From Gemmatimonas sp. (GTDB taxonomy: Bacteria; Gemmatimonadota; Gemmatimonadetes; Gemmatimonadales; Gemmatimonadaceae): a stretch of 64,000 bases of DNA. Location of the stretch: assembly GCA_965279375.1 (NCBI GenBank), contig OZ257156.1, forward strand, positions 3,776,001 to 3,840,000, written 5' to 3'. The first letter of the stretch is position 1. Each line of letters opens with the position of its first letter. The notes beneath the pieces are model-generated. The model saw only the letters and a program-made list of their open reading frames with translations. It did not search any database and had not been told where the DNA came from. Of the stretch, positions 10,532-21,062 are shown one piece after another. The position numbers and the translations under genes are program-made.

Positions 10532-13030
10532 CTACTCTGGCGACCTGCCCAACACCTTCCCGAGGCTATCGAACGCCGCTCCGAAGCGCGTCCAACTCCC
10601 GCTCCGCAGCGCTTGTCGCATCGCCTCGTACAACCGATCGACCGCGACGTCTCGCGGCTCACTGCCACCTGCGCTCGCACCGACAATCGGCCGAGCCTGA
10701 CTGCGCGGCAATCCCAGTACTTCCACCGCCTCGGCGAGCGTGCCTCCAACGCCGGCACGCCCCTCTTCCTGAATGGCCACGCGGCTGATCACCGTTGTCC
10801 CGTCCGCGCGGTTCCACTGGAGTGGCTGGACGAGCACGGGCCCGCGGTCGCTCATGATGACCTGCACCCGCCCTGGGCGCATCCGCGGTTCGCGACGACT
10901 GCCATCGGGTACCAGGGCGCGAGCGCTGTCGAGCGCCGACCGTAGCTGCTCGGTGGCGGTGCTCCAACGCGGCCGCGGTACCGACGTGCTATCCCAGAAG
11001 GTGCGGCGATACCGTCCGCCGACCGCGCTGATCACGCCACCGATCTGTTCACCGGGTTCGAGCAGCGCAACGCTCCACGCGACGACGGCGCCGGAGTCGG
11101 TTCGGACCAGATGCCCGGGCGGACCGTCGCCGATGAACGTGCTGTCGGGGAGATGTCGAGTGACGGTCCCTTGCAGCCGGGATCCATAGCGCGCGAAGGT
11201 GCGCAACTGGGCAATTGCGCCATCCGTTGCCGGAGGAAGCTGCCGCACCAACCCGGACGGCAGCTCGACCGTGCGAACGAAGAGGCTCGGCACGCGCGCC
11301 ATCCAGGTGCGTGCAACGGGATCGGGTCGGTCGACCGAGATGAGTCGCACACGCCCGGAATTCGCCTCGACGAGTGCAGTGGCGGCAAGCCGGAAGTAGC
11401 TGCGTACTTCGCCCGCCAACTGCCAGTGCTGGCTGAGCGGATACTCGGACGATGCGCTGTAGAGCTGCAGCGTCCAGTACAGCACACCATCGTGCACGAG
11501 CGGCAGCACTTCACTGCCCTGCGCAAAGATCGGTGCGAGCATGGCGACGCGTTCGCGCACATCGCGCTGCGAGACGAAGACGCTGTTGGATTCCTCGTCG
11601 GCGCGCGTGCGCAGCAAATCAGGATCGCGCGCTGCCCACGCATGTGCTACGCGCAAGCCGAGCGATCGCAGCGACGTGCCCAACACGCTGTTGGTCGGAT
11701 CCTGAATGAGGCGATGTCCGGTGAGCCCCGGCGCGACGGCGGGTTCGCGCGGTCCGTCCACGTCGGCGGGATCCAAGGCGAAGTCAATGCTGCTGTCGCG
11801 CACGATCGGCAGCGTCGCGTTGGCCACGTCCGCGGACCATGCACTCCCGGCCGTGACAGGACGGCGCACGATCAGCCCGGCCAGCCCTCCTTCCGTGGCT
11901 AGCCATGACGCGTGCGTCGGAATCGCACTGGTACGGGAGTCGTCGCTCGAACGTGCCTGCAGTGAGGAGGCATCCCAGAGACTGACGGATCGCGCGAGAT
12001 CGCTGCGCTTTACGCGAGTGGCTATGGCGGGGATCGACTCAGGAGCGGTGATACGAATGCCGTCCACGTCATACGCGCGACGACTGATGAGGGAGCGCGT
12101 ATCGAGGTAGTCGAGTTCGCGGCGCACCGGATCACCGAGCAGTGAGCCACGCGACACCACGGCCGGCAGGATATGTCGAAGGCCGACGGCGCCGATCAGC
12201 ACCATGCTCAACGTGATGAACGCCAGACGCAGCTGGCTCATCCAACCGGCACGCAGCAGCAACAGCGCGCCAATGCCGCTCAGGACCGACATCAACAGAT
12301 CGACTCGCATCAGCACGATGTGATCGACGCGCAAGAAGAGTCCATCGGGACCACTGCCGTTGCGAAGGACATCGAAGCCATCGAGACGATAGCTCCACGC
12401 AAGCATCACGAGAACAAGCGCGGCGAGGGCGCTCAGATGCCGGCGCGCGTGAGACGAGGCCAGCACGCGTCTCCCGTCGAGTCGCAGACTGCGCGTCAAC
12501 GCGTACAGCAGGATGACGACGGTGCCAACCGAGATGACGGTGACCAGCGCCCAGACGTACAGCGTCTCTTCGAGGGGTAGCCAGTAGACGTAGAACCCGA
12601 GGTCGCGACCGAGAATGCCTTCAATTTCACCGAACGAGATCCCGTGTCGCGCCATCGCCACGTCGGTCCAGTTGGTGAGCGGCACGGCGAGACCGAGCCC
12701 GATAAGCGCGGACAGCACGATGGTGATCCCGAGCAGCCGGCGGCCCGGAATCATGGCTGTGAGCTCGATGTTGGCCACGCGTGAAGGCACGGCGACGGCC
12801 AGAATTGTGCGACGAACGGCGTGCAGATTCGCGAAGGCGAAGAGCGCGCCTACGGTGCCTGCCCCGCCCTGCAACAAGACGCTGTCTACCGCGCGCTCCC
12901 ACCAGAGCGCTGGCACACCCATGGCGGTGAACCACGCATGTTCGACGACGAGCGCTGTGATCGCGCGCCCGCTCAGGAGCAGCGCGGCCGCGACGGCGAG
13001 GGCGACAACCACCCACCCGCGGGTCCGCAT
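10532..13030 (-). CDS. UPF0182-family membrane protein (divergent)
   Basis: Several N-terminal TM helices, GRDLGFYVYWLP, RDVRERVAMLAP, YPLS, VRSYFR, C-terminal ALRSGSWTRFGAAFDSL. Confidence 0.7.
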   Translation of the reverse strand: MRTRGWVVVALAVAAALLLSGRAITALVVEHAWFTAMGVPALWWERAVDSVLLQGGAGTVGALFAFANLHAVRRTILAVAVPSRVANIELTAMIPGRRLLGITIVLSALIGLGLAVPLTNWTDVAMARHGISFGEIEGILGRDLGFYVYWLPLEETLYVWALVTVISVGTVVILLYALTRSLRLDGRRVLASSHARRHLSALAALVLVMLAWSYRLDGFDVLRNGSGPDGLFLRVDHIVLMRVDLLMSVLSGIGALLLLRAGWMSQLRLAFITLSMVLIGAVGLRHILPAVVSRGSLLGDPVRRELDYLDTRSLISRRAYDVDGIRITAPESIPAIATRVKRSDLARSVSLWDASSLQARSSDDSRTSAIPTHASWLATEGGLAGLIVRRPVTAGSAWSADVANATLPIVRDSSIDFALDPADVDGPREPAVAPGLTGHRLIQDPTNSVLGTSLRSLGLRVAHAWAARDPDLLRTRADEESNSVFVSQRDVRERVAMLAPIFAQGSEVLPLVHDGVLYWTLQLYSASSEYPLSQHWQLAGEVRSYFRLAATALVEANSGRVRLISVDRPDPVARTWMARVPSLFVRTVELPSGLVRQLPPATDGAIAQLRTFARYGSRLQGTVTRHLPDSTFIGDGPPGHLVRTDSGAVVAWSVALLEPGEQIGGVISAVGGRYRRTFWDSTSVPRPRWSTATEQLRSALDSARALVPDGSRREPRMRPGRVQVIMSDRGPVLVQPLQWNRADGTTVISRVAIQEEGRAGVGGTLAEAVEVLGLPRSQARPIVGASAGGSEPRDVAVDRLYEAMRQALRSGSWTRFGAAFDSLGKVLGRSPE

Positions 13031-13049
13031 GATCAGCGCCGCGCGCGGA

Positions 13050-14429
13050 TCAGAGCTGTACGCCCTGGGCGCGCATCCAACCTTCCATCTCGCCGCGAAT
13101 TTCGGCCAGACGCTCGGCTGTGCGGGCCTCGAATCGCGCCACGATCACCGGCTGCGTGTTGGAGGCACGGAAGAGTCCCCATCCGTCGCCAAAGAGCACT
13201 CGCACACCATCGACGGCGTTGACCTGATGCGTCGCAGAGAAGTGCGCGATCGCCTTCTCCATGATGGTGAACTTGGCCTCGTCGTCGGTATCGATGCGGA
13301 TCTCGGGTGTGGAGACAAACGGTGCCACATCGGCGAGCAACGCGTCCACCGGCTTACCGGCATCGGCAACAATGCGCAGCAGGCGCGCCGCGCCGTACAG
13401 CGCGTCGTCGTGCCCGTAGAAGCCTTCGGTGAAGAACATGTGGCCAGACATCTCGCCGGCGATCGGGGCGTGTGTCTCCTTCATCTTGTCCTTGATGAGG
13501 GAGTGTCCCGTCTTCCACATCACGGCCACGCCGCCGGCCTTCTCGATTTCATCCGAGAGTGCCTGCGAGCACTTCACGTCAAAGATGATCGGCTGGCCGC
13601 GGCCCGTGCGCGCGAGCACATCACGCGCGTACAGGATGAGGATGTGATCGCCCCAGATGATCGTGCCGTTCGCGTCCACCACGCCGATGCGATCCGCGTC
13701 GCCATCGAATGCAACGCCGATCTCCGCCTTCTCTCGCTTCACCGCCGCGATGAGATCAACGAGGTTTTCGGGAACGGTCGGATCGGGGTGATGATTGGGA
13801 AAGGTGCCGTCGCTCTCGGTAAAGAGCCCGATGCCATCAACGCCGAGCGCACGCATGAGTTGCGGTGCCACCAGCGCGCCCGCGCCATTGCCGCAGTCAT
13901 AGACCACGCGCAACGGCGTGCCGTCGGCGTGCGCGAGCGTGCCAATGCGCGCAGCGATGTCCGACACGTAGCGATCGATGACGTCGATGTGCCGAACAGT
14001 GCCGTGGCCGCTCGGGTACACGCCCGCAACGATCATCTGGTACAGAGCCTGGATCTCGCTGCCATGCAGCGAACCCGTGCCCACGCACATCTTGAAGCCG
14101 TTGTATTCCGGCGGGTTGTGCGAGCCAGTGATCTGAATTCCGCCCACGACGGGCTCATGATGCAGCGTCCAGTACAGCAGCGGCGTCGGTACGGTGCCAA
14201 CATCCACCACGTCAACGCCACTCTCCGTCAGGCCACGCACCAGCGCATCGCGCAGCGCATTTCCGCTCGGCCGGTTATCGCGCCCCACAGCGACCGCGCC
14301 AGCGATCCCTTTCGACTGCAGGTACGTCGCGTAGCCGCGACCGAGGCCGTATGCAACCTCCTCGGTCAGGTCCCGACCGACGATGCCGCGAACGTCATAC
14401 TGGCGAAAGATTGTCTGGCTGATCGACAT
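13050..14429 (-). CDS. Phosphomannomutase/phosphoglucomutase
   Basis: IFRQYDVRG, TGSHNP phosphoserine loop, FDGDADR, GEMSGH, RASNTQP. Confidence 0.95.
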   Translation of the reverse strand: MSISQTIFRQYDVRGIVGRDLTEEVAYGLGRGYATYLQSKGIAGAVAVGRDNRPSGNALRDALVRGLTESGVDVVDVGTVPTPLLYWTLHHEPVVGGIQITGSHNPPEYNGFKMCVGTGSLHGSEIQALYQMIVAGVYPSGHGTVRHIDVIDRYVSDIAARIGTLAHADGTPLRVVYDCGNGAGALVAPQLMRALGVDGIGLFTESDGTFPNHHPDPTVPENLVDLIAAVKREKAEIGVAFDGDADRIGVVDANGTIIWGDHILILYARDVLARTGRGQPIIFDVKCSQALSDEIEKAGGVAVMWKTGHSLIKDKMKETHAPIAGEMSGHMFFTEGFYGHDDALYGAARLLRIVADAGKPVDALLADVAPFVSTPEIRIDTDDEAKFTIMEKAIAHFSATHQVNAVDGVRVLFGDGWGLFRASNTQPVIVARFEARTAERLAEIRGEMEGWMRAQGVQL

Positions 14430-14492
14430 GGTGAGAACGTACGGGGAGGCGGGAGTATGCTGGTGGCGTACGACTGAACGAGTGCCTGCGAC

Positions 14493-16061
14493 TCAGCGCG
14501 TGCGACTGGCCGTGCTGAGCGGCGGTGGCAGCGGTGCACGCTGCTTCACCGGTGCGACGCCTGCGAGCGTCTGCGGCATGGCGTGGCGCGCGAGTCGCGA
14601 GACAGGCGTCGGATACAGTCCGAGCACGAGGAGCGCGATGGCCGTGAACGCGATCATGCCCTGCGTCAGCGGTGCCAGCGACGGCACGGCCGCGCCTTCC
14701 GCGCGCGGGCGCATGAACATCGACGAGATCACGCTCAGGTAGTACGCCGCCGACACCACGCTGCTGAGCACCAGCACAACGGCGAGCATGGTCTGCGGAG
14801 AGGCGCCCGAGAGCGCCGCCTGGAGCACATACCACTTGGCGAAGAAGCCCATGCCGCCGACCAACGGCATGCCGAGGAACGCGAGGAAGTACACCGCCAT
14901 CGCTATGCTGAGCCCCGGCCGAACACGCCAGAGTCCAGCGATGTCGTCCAGCGTGGGCGACTTGTCGCGGCCGTCGTTGATCGTGATCAGCACGGCAAAC
15001 GCGCCCATCGTGGCGAGTGTGTACGACACCGTGTAAAAGACAAGCGCGCTGACACCGGCGACGGAGTTCGACACGATGGCGACGAGTATGTACCCGGCGT
15101 GGGCGATGCTCGAGTAGGCGAGCATGCGCACGAGATTCTTCTGCGACAGGGCTAGCACGTTGCCGAGGACCATCGTGACCGCGGCGAGCCACCAGAGCAC
15201 CGGATGCCAGCGATCGGACGCACCGCCGAGCGCTTCGACCATCACGCGCGCGAACGTCGCGAACGCGGCGGACTTGACCACGGCAGCCATGAACGCGGCC
15301 ACTGGCAGCGGCGCGCCGTCGTACACGTCGGGCGTCCAGAGATGAAAGGGCGCAGCGGCGACCTTGAATGCGAATCCAACGAGCAGCAGCGCCATGCCCA
15401 CGACGAACATCGCGCTCAGCTGCGGCGTCTTGGCGACCCACGCTGCGATGTCCACCAAACGCGTGCTGCCGGTTGCGCCGAAGAGAAGCGCCATGCCGTA
15501 CAACAGGAACCCGGTGCTGAATGCGCCGAGCAGGAAGTACTTGAGCGCCGACTCGGCGCCGCGCGCACTGCGACGGTTCACGCCAGCGAGCACGTACACC
15601 GCGAGCGACATCAACTCGATGCCGAGGAAGATGAACATGAGGTCGCGCGCTGCGGCGAGGATCATCATGCCACACGCCGCGAACAGCATCAGCACCGGCA
15701 CTTCCGGGCTGTACGCACCACTGCGTGCGTGATCGGCCTCGAGGAGAATCAGCGCGAGCGCCGTGCCGAGCAGGACCACGAGATCGATCGTCCAGCGGAA
15801 GCCGTCACCCGCAATGCGCAGATCAGCTGTGCCCGCGACGCCGTCACCCCAGGCGATCGTGATAACGATGCCGACCAGCAGGCAGAGGACGACACCGAAG
15901 CGCGCGAGTGCCGGCGTGCGTTCGGCGCCCTCAGCGCTGCCGAGCGTGTTGCCCTGCGGACGCCAGACAGTGGCCAGGAGCATCATCATCGCACCCGCCG
16001 CGAGCAGAAGCTCCGGGGCGAGGGCGCGGAAAAATGAACCGGCGGAAACCAGATCGCCCAT
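14493..16061 (-). CDS. nuoN: NADH-quinone oxidoreductase subunit N
   Basis: ESALKYFLLG, FKVAAAPFHLWTPDVYDGAP, RMLAYSSIAHAGY. Confidence 0.96.
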   Translation of the reverse strand: MGDLVSAGSFFRALAPELLLAAGAMMMLLATVWRPQGNTLGSAEGAERTPALARFGVVLCLLVGIVITIAWGDGVAGTADLRIAGDGFRWTIDLVVLLGTALALILLEADHARSGAYSPEVPVLMLFAACGMMILAAARDLMFIFLGIELMSLAVYVLAGVNRRSARGAESALKYFLLGAFSTGFLLYGMALLFGATGSTRLVDIAAWVAKTPQLSAMFVVGMALLLVGFAFKVAAAPFHLWTPDVYDGAPLPVAAFMAAVVKSAAFATFARVMVEALGGASDRWHPVLWWLAAVTMVLGNVLALSQKNLVRMLAYSSIAHAGYILVAIVSNSVAGVSALVFYTVSYTLATMGAFAVLITINDGRDKSPTLDDIAGLWRVRPGLSIAMAVYFLAFLGMPLVGGMGFFAKWYVLQAALSGASPQTMLAVVLVLSSVVSAAYYLSVISSMFMRPRAEGAAVPSLAPLTQGMIAFTAIALLVLGLYPTPVSRLARHAMPQTLAGVAPVKQRAPLPPPLSTASRTR

Positions 16062-16064
16062 CGG

Positions 16065-17633
16065 TCAGTGAGTCACGGAAGTGTTGGCGCCGACGGCAGC
16101 CGCGCCGGGCGCGAATCGCACCGCTTCGACGACTGTGCGGGTCGCGATGTCGCTGCGACGCAGGACGGATTGTGGCGCGAATCCGAGGTACAGCATTGCA
16201 ATGGCGAAGACCCCAAGCACCGCCGTCTCACGGAAGGAGAGATCGGCGAGGGGAGCCTTGTTGTCCGCCAACGCAGGTTCGAAGAGCACGCGCTGTACCG
16301 CTCGAAGCCCGTACACCGCGGCGAAGATGACGCCCGTCGTCGCGATGAGTGCCAGTGTCGGGTGCTCGCCGTACGTACCAATCAGCACGAGGAACTCGCC
16401 GACGAATCCGTTGGTGCCCGGCAAGCCGATGGTGGACAGGATGGCCAGCGTGAAGATCGCGCTGAAGAGCGGCATCGAGCGTGCGAGGCCGCCGAACGCG
16501 CTCATGTCGGTCGAGCCGCGACGGTCCTGCAGCATCCCAACGAGGAGGAACAGTGCGCTCGTGGTGATGCCGTGATTGACCATGACCATCACCGCGCCCT
16601 GCACGCTCTGCTGCGTGAGCGCGAACGATCCGAGCATGATGAAGCCAAGGTGGCTGATCGAGCTATACGAGATAAGTCGCTTCGCGTCGCGTTGCGACAT
16701 GGCCACGAGCGCGCCGTACACGATGGCGATCACGGACAGCACGAGGATCGTGCCGCGAACCGTGGGATGCGCTGCGGCCGCGGGAAAGAGCGGGATCGCG
16801 AAGCGCAGGATGGCGTACGTGCCGACCTTGAGACCCAAGGCCACTGCAGCAAACGTGGGCGCCGATCCTTGGGCGTCGGGCAGCCAGGTATGGAATGGAA
16901 CGAGCGCAGACTTCACGGCGAACGCGGTGAAGAAGGCGCCGAACATCAACAGCTGCGTCCGTTCATCGAGTTTGATGGCGAGCAGCTGATCGATGTGGAA
17001 GGACTGCCCACCGCCCATGCTCCAGAGCGCCATGATGGCGACGAGCATCAGCAGCGAACCAACGAGCGTGAAGAGCACGTAACGCAAACTCGCGCGCACG
17101 CTTGCGCCGCTGCCCCAGATTCCGATGAGGAAATACATCGGAATGAGCATCAGCTCCCACGCGAGATAGAACAGCAGCAAGTCGAGCGAGACGAAGATGC
17201 CGATGAGCCCCGAGGTCAACATGAGGGCGAGCGCACCGAACGCCGGCGTCTTCACCTTCACGCTATTCCAGGAACCAAGCAGTGCGAGCGGCATGAGCAC
17301 GGCGGTGAGCACCGCCATCGGCATGGCGAGTCCGTCAACACCGACGCTGAAAGCGGCGCCAATGTCCGGAATCCATGGCAGGTCCACGCGCGCCTGCCAG
17401 CCGCGAGCATCCGCGTCGTAGATCCCCCAGAGAACGAGACCGAGCACGCCTTCCACGGCCAGCGCGAAGAAGGTCAGGACACGGGCGTCGGGACCGCCCG
17501 ACGGTGCGGAACTATCGTCGCGCGAGACGTCGCGGCCGAGCAGACGGACAGGCAGGGCCGCGACCAGCGGCCAGAGCAACATCGCGGGCAGCACCCAGTT
17601 CGCCGCGCCCATCGAAAGCAGGAAATCGCGCAT
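16065..17633 (-). CDS. nuoM: NADH-quinone oxidoreductase subunit M
   Basis: WELMLIPMYFLIG, PFHTWLPDA, KRLISYSSISH, GLPGTNGFVGEF. Confidence 0.96.
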   Translation of the reverse strand: MRDFLLSMGAANWVLPAMLLWPLVAALPVRLLGRDVSRDDSSAPSGGPDARVLTFFALAVEGVLGLVLWGIYDADARGWQARVDLPWIPDIGAAFSVGVDGLAMPMAVLTAVLMPLALLGSWNSVKVKTPAFGALALMLTSGLIGIFVSLDLLLFYLAWELMLIPMYFLIGIWGSGASVRASLRYVLFTLVGSLLMLVAIMALWSMGGGQSFHIDQLLAIKLDERTQLLMFGAFFTAFAVKSALVPFHTWLPDAQGSAPTFAAVALGLKVGTYAILRFAIPLFPAAAAHPTVRGTILVLSVIAIVYGALVAMSQRDAKRLISYSSISHLGFIMLGSFALTQQSVQGAVMVMVNHGITTSALFLLVGMLQDRRGSTDMSAFGGLARSMPLFSAIFTLAILSTIGLPGTNGFVGEFLVLIGTYGEHPTLALIATTGVIFAAVYGLRAVQRVLFEPALADNKAPLADLSFRETAVLGVFAIAMLYLGFAPQSVLRRSDIATRTVVEAVRFAPGAAAVGANTSVTH

Positions 17634-17636
17634 CGG

Positions 17637-19775
17637 TCAGCCCAGGGTGAAAGCGGCGAGCATTGCGAGCGCGCCCGCAGCGACCATCCACGCGTACTTG
17701 CCCACATCACCGTCCTGCATCGTCGAACCGAACACGCTTGCCAGACGAGACAGCAACGTACCGCCGGCGCTGAAAGCACGGTCCACACTCACATCCACGC
17801 CGCGCGTCAGGAACGCGTTGGCGAATGCGTTGACCGGACGCACGACCGCCGCGTCGACGCCAGCGTCAACGCTGTACGCGTTGGCGAGCACACCGGAGAA
17901 TCCAGTATCGGGCGACGAATGCGCCTTGTCCGCGATCGGCTTGCGATATAGCGCGACAGCGATGCCGATGCCGATCAGCGCCGTCGCCACGGCGATGCCG
18001 ATCAGCATCGTTTCCGTGGAATGAGCGACTTCGGTTGTGCCTGCGAGGCGAACCGCGCTCGCGCCCGTGACGGGCTCAAGCCAATGCTCGAGCAACCCAC
18101 TGGGCCCCAGCGGCAACAGCTTCGGCAGATTCAACCAGCCACCAACAATGGTCAGCACGCCGAGCACCAGGACCGGTGCGGTCATGATCGCGGGTGCCTC
18201 GTGCAGCGCCTGCTGTTCCGCCTGCCCCGTACGGTTCTCGCCAGTGAACGCCAACAGCAGCATGCGCGTCATGTAGATCGCCGTGAGGAGCGCGGTCAGA
18301 ATGCCGATGCCGTACACCATGTACAGCACCATGCTGCCGGGAATACCCAGCAGCGACGCCGATGCCAGCGGAGACCCTTGCGCGCGCGTGAACGCCGAGG
18401 TGAGGATCTCGTCCTTCGAGAAAAAGCCGGCGAGCGGTGGAATGCCGGCAATGGCCAACGTCGCGAGGGTCATCGCCGCAAACGTGGCCGGCATGAACCG
18501 TCGCAGGCCGCCCATGTTCCGCAGGTCCTGCGGATCCTCGTGGCGGTGCGTGTGATGATACGCGTGATGCATCGCGTGAATCACCGAACCCGCGCCAAGG
18601 AAGAGCAGCGCCTTGAAGAACGCGTGCGTGACGAGATGGAAGACGCCGGCGGTGTACGCCCCTGTGCCCACGCCGACGAACATGTAGCCCAGCTGCGAGA
18701 CGGTGGAGTACGCGAGCACCTTCTTGATGTCCCACTGACGCAGCGCGATGGTCGCGGCGAAGAGCGCCGTGACGGCTCCGACAAGTGCCACGAGCAGCGA
18801 CGCCTCGGGCGCGCCCGCAAAGATCGGCGCCGACCGCGCGACGAGATACACACCTGCCGTTACCATAGTCGCGGCGTGGATGAGCGCAGACACGGGCGTC
18901 GGGCCAGCCATGGCGTCCGGCAGCCAGATATAGAGCGGGATCTGCGCGCTCTTGCCGGCACAGCCAACGAACAGGAACAGTGCGATCGCAAGCACCGTCG
19001 CCGAGCCGCCAAGCGCCGCCAGCGCGCTGTTGGCGCCAACGAAATCGAGCTGCTGCGTGGTGCTGTAGATCAGGAACATCGCGATCAGAAAGCCGAAGTC
19101 ACCGACGCGATTGACCACGAACGCCTTCTTCCCTGCCTCGACATTGGCGCGGTCGCTGAACCAGAAGCCGATCAGCAAATACGAGCAGAGCCCCACGCCC
19201 TCCCAGCCGAGGAATAGCACGGGGTAGCTCGCGCCAAGCACCAGCACCAGCATGAAGGCGACGAACAGGTTGAGGTACGCGAAGTAGCGCGCATAGCTCG
19301 CGTCATCGCGCATGTAGCCGACGGAGAACAGATGAATCAGCGAGCCGATGCCGGTGATCACGAGGACCATCAGGATGGACAGCTGATCGAGCTGGAACGA
19401 CCAATCGATCGACAGCGAGCCCACCTGCATCCAGACGGGTCCCTGCATGATGAACGGCGTGTGCAGCGCTTCCGGTATGCGTGATACCGCGCCCTGCATA
19501 GCGAAGAAGATCGCGACGGCGAGAGCGAATGACGCGATGATGACGCCGGGGCCAACGAGCGTGACGATCGGATTGCGCGCCGTTCCACGATTCGCTTCAC
19601 CCGACTCGGCGCTTGCCGCGCGCGAGCCGGAGAACAACGCGATGCCACCGTTCACCAGGAAGCCGATGAGCGGCAGGATCGGCAGCAGTCCGATTAGCTG
19701 TGCGACCGTACCACGCAACGGATGCGGCGTGCCCGCGCTCTGCAGCAGGGCGGCAACGAAAGTAGAAGTCATCAT
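17637..19775 (-). CDS. nuoL: NADH-quinone oxidoreductase subunit L
   Basis: [56 protein letters not shown]. Confidence 0.97.
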   Translation of the reverse strand: MMTSTFVAALLQSAGTPHPLRGTVAQLIGLLPILPLIGFLVNGGIALFSGSRAASAESGEANRGTARNPIVTLVGPGVIIASFALAVAIFFAMQGAVSRIPEALHTPFIMQGPVWMQVGSLSIDWSFQLDQLSILMVLVITGIGSLIHLFSVGYMRDDASYARYFAYLNLFVAFMLVLVLGASYPVLFLGWEGVGLCSYLLIGFWFSDRANVEAGKKAFVVNRVGDFGFLIAMFLIYSTTQQLDFVGANSALAALGGSATVLAIALFLFVGCAGKSAQIPLYIWLPDAMAGPTPVSALIHAATMVTAGVYLVARSAPIFAGAPEASLLVALVGAVTALFAATIALRQWDIKKVLAYSTVSQLGYMFVGVGTGAYTAGVFHLVTHAFFKALLFLGAGSVIHAMHHAYHHTHRHEDPQDLRNMGGLRRFMPATFAAMTLATLAIAGIPPLAGFFSKDEILTSAFTRAQGSPLASASLLGIPGSMVLYMVYGIGILTALLTAIYMTRMLLLAFTGENRTGQAEQQALHEAPAIMTAPVLVLGVLTIVGGWLNLPKLLPLGPSGLLEHWLEPVTGASAVRLAGTTEVAHSTETMLIGIAVATALIGIGIAVALYRKPIADKAHSSPDTGFSGVLANAYSVDAGVDAAVVRPVNAFANAFLTRGVDVSVDRAFSAGGTLLSRLASVFGSTMQDGDVGKYAWMVAAGALAMLAAFTLG

Positions 19776-20065
19776 CCGCGCAGCGTCCTAAGCGCAGTCA
19801 TGTCCACCGTGCCAAACTGACGGAACACCGAGATCACGATGGCCAGTCCGACGGCCGCCTCAGCGGCGGCGATCGTCATCACCATCACGACGAACACGTG
19901 ACCCGTGACGCCGTGCAGCTTGGCCAGCGCGACAAAGCTGAGGTTCACGGCGTTGAGCATCAGCTCCGCGCACATGAACAGGATGATCGCGTTCCGGCGC
20001 GTGAGCACGCCGAGCACACCGATCGAGAACAGGATCGCGGAAACGATCAACGCTTCGCTGATCAT
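19772..20065 (-). CDS. nuoK: NADH-quinone oxidoreductase subunit K
   Basis: [21 protein letters not shown]. Confidence 0.96.
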   Translation of the reverse strand: MISEALIVSAILFSIGVLGVLTRRNAIILFMCAELMLNAVNLSFVALAKLHGVTGHVFVVMVMTIAAAEAAVGLAIVISVFRQFGTVDMTALRTLRG

Positions 20066-20568
20066 AGGATGACTCGCTTCTTGGCGAGGAGCACGGCGCC
20101 GACGATGGCAACCAGCAGCACGAGGCTCGTCAACTCGAACGCCACGAGATAATCAGTAAAGAGCGACGCGGCGACCTGCGTGACCACGTTGTCCTGGGCC
20201 GGTGCGAGCTCCGCGCGCGGCAGCTTGTCTCGCTGCACCACCAACAGGTTGGCCACGATACCGAGCGACACCAGCCCCGCGCCGAGTCGTGATCCCAACC
20301 CGCGCAAATCCGAGATCTCGGCGCGGCCCAGGTTGAGGAGCATGACGACGAACACGAAGACCACCATGATCGCGCCGGCGTAAACCAGCACCTGGATGGC
20401 GCCAACGAACGGCGCATCGAGCATGATGTAGAGTCCGCTCAGCGCGAACATCACGTTCACCAGCCACAACGCGGCGGGCACCGGGTTCTTGCGCGTCACG
20501 AACAACAGCGCGGATGCAATCGCGATCAGCGAGAAGAGATAAAACTGGAACTGGTAGAAGCCGTTCAT
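20062..20568 (-). CDS. nuoJ: NADH-quinone oxidoreductase subunit J
   Basis: [34 protein letters not shown] 20568 overlaps the nuoI stop. Confidence 0.95.
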   Translation of the reverse strand: MNGFYQFQFYLFSLIAIASALLFVTRKNPVPAALWLVNVMFALSGLYIMLDAPFVGAIQVLVYAGAIMVVFVFVVMLLNLGRAEISDLRGLGSRLGAGLVSLGIVANLLVVQRDKLPRAELAPAQDNVVTQVAASLFTDYLVAFELTSLVLLVAIVGAVLLAKKRVIL

Positions 20569-21062
20569 TCGCCCTTCGGGTCTGACGGGTCCCACAGTTC
20601 GCTCACCGGATGCGTCTGCGCGGTGAGGCGCTCGAGATCGTACACGAACGAGGCGCGGTCGAACTCTGCGTTCTCATAGTGGCGACCGAGATGAATCGCC
20701 TCCTCGGGGCATACCTCTTGGCAGTAGCCGCAGAAGATGCAGCGGAACTCATCGATCTCGAAGACAAGCGGGAATCGATTGCCCAACTCATCCTCGCCCG
20801 GCACCAGCTTGATGCAGTTGGCCGGACACACCGTCGGACACAGACCACACGCGACGCACTTGGCCTTGCCGGTCTCCGTGGTCAGCATGCGGTGCGTTCC
20901 GCGCCAGCGTGGAGACAGATCCCACTTGGTCTCGGGATACTGCATCGTGACCTTGTGCGGATCGACAAGGTGCTTGAGCGTCACGGCCATGCCGCTGAGC
21001 GTCGCGCGAATGTAGCTCACGCGCTCCAGCGGCCGGTTCATGACCTTGACTCCGATCGCCAT
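20565..21062 (-). CDS. nuoI: NADH-quinone oxidoreductase subunit I
   Basis: Two CxxCxxCxxxCP motifs (CVACGLCPTVCP, CIFCGYCQEVCP); ATG 21062 in TGATG overlap with nuoH. Confidence 0.96.
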   Translation of the reverse strand: MAIGVKVMNRPLERVSYIRATLSGMAVTLKHLVDPHKVTMQYPETKWDLSPRWRGTHRMLTTETGKAKCVACGLCPTVCPANCIKLVPGEDELGNRFPLVFEIDEFRCIFCGYCQEVCPEEAIHLGRHYENAEFDRASFVYDLERLTAQTHPVSELWDPSDPKGE

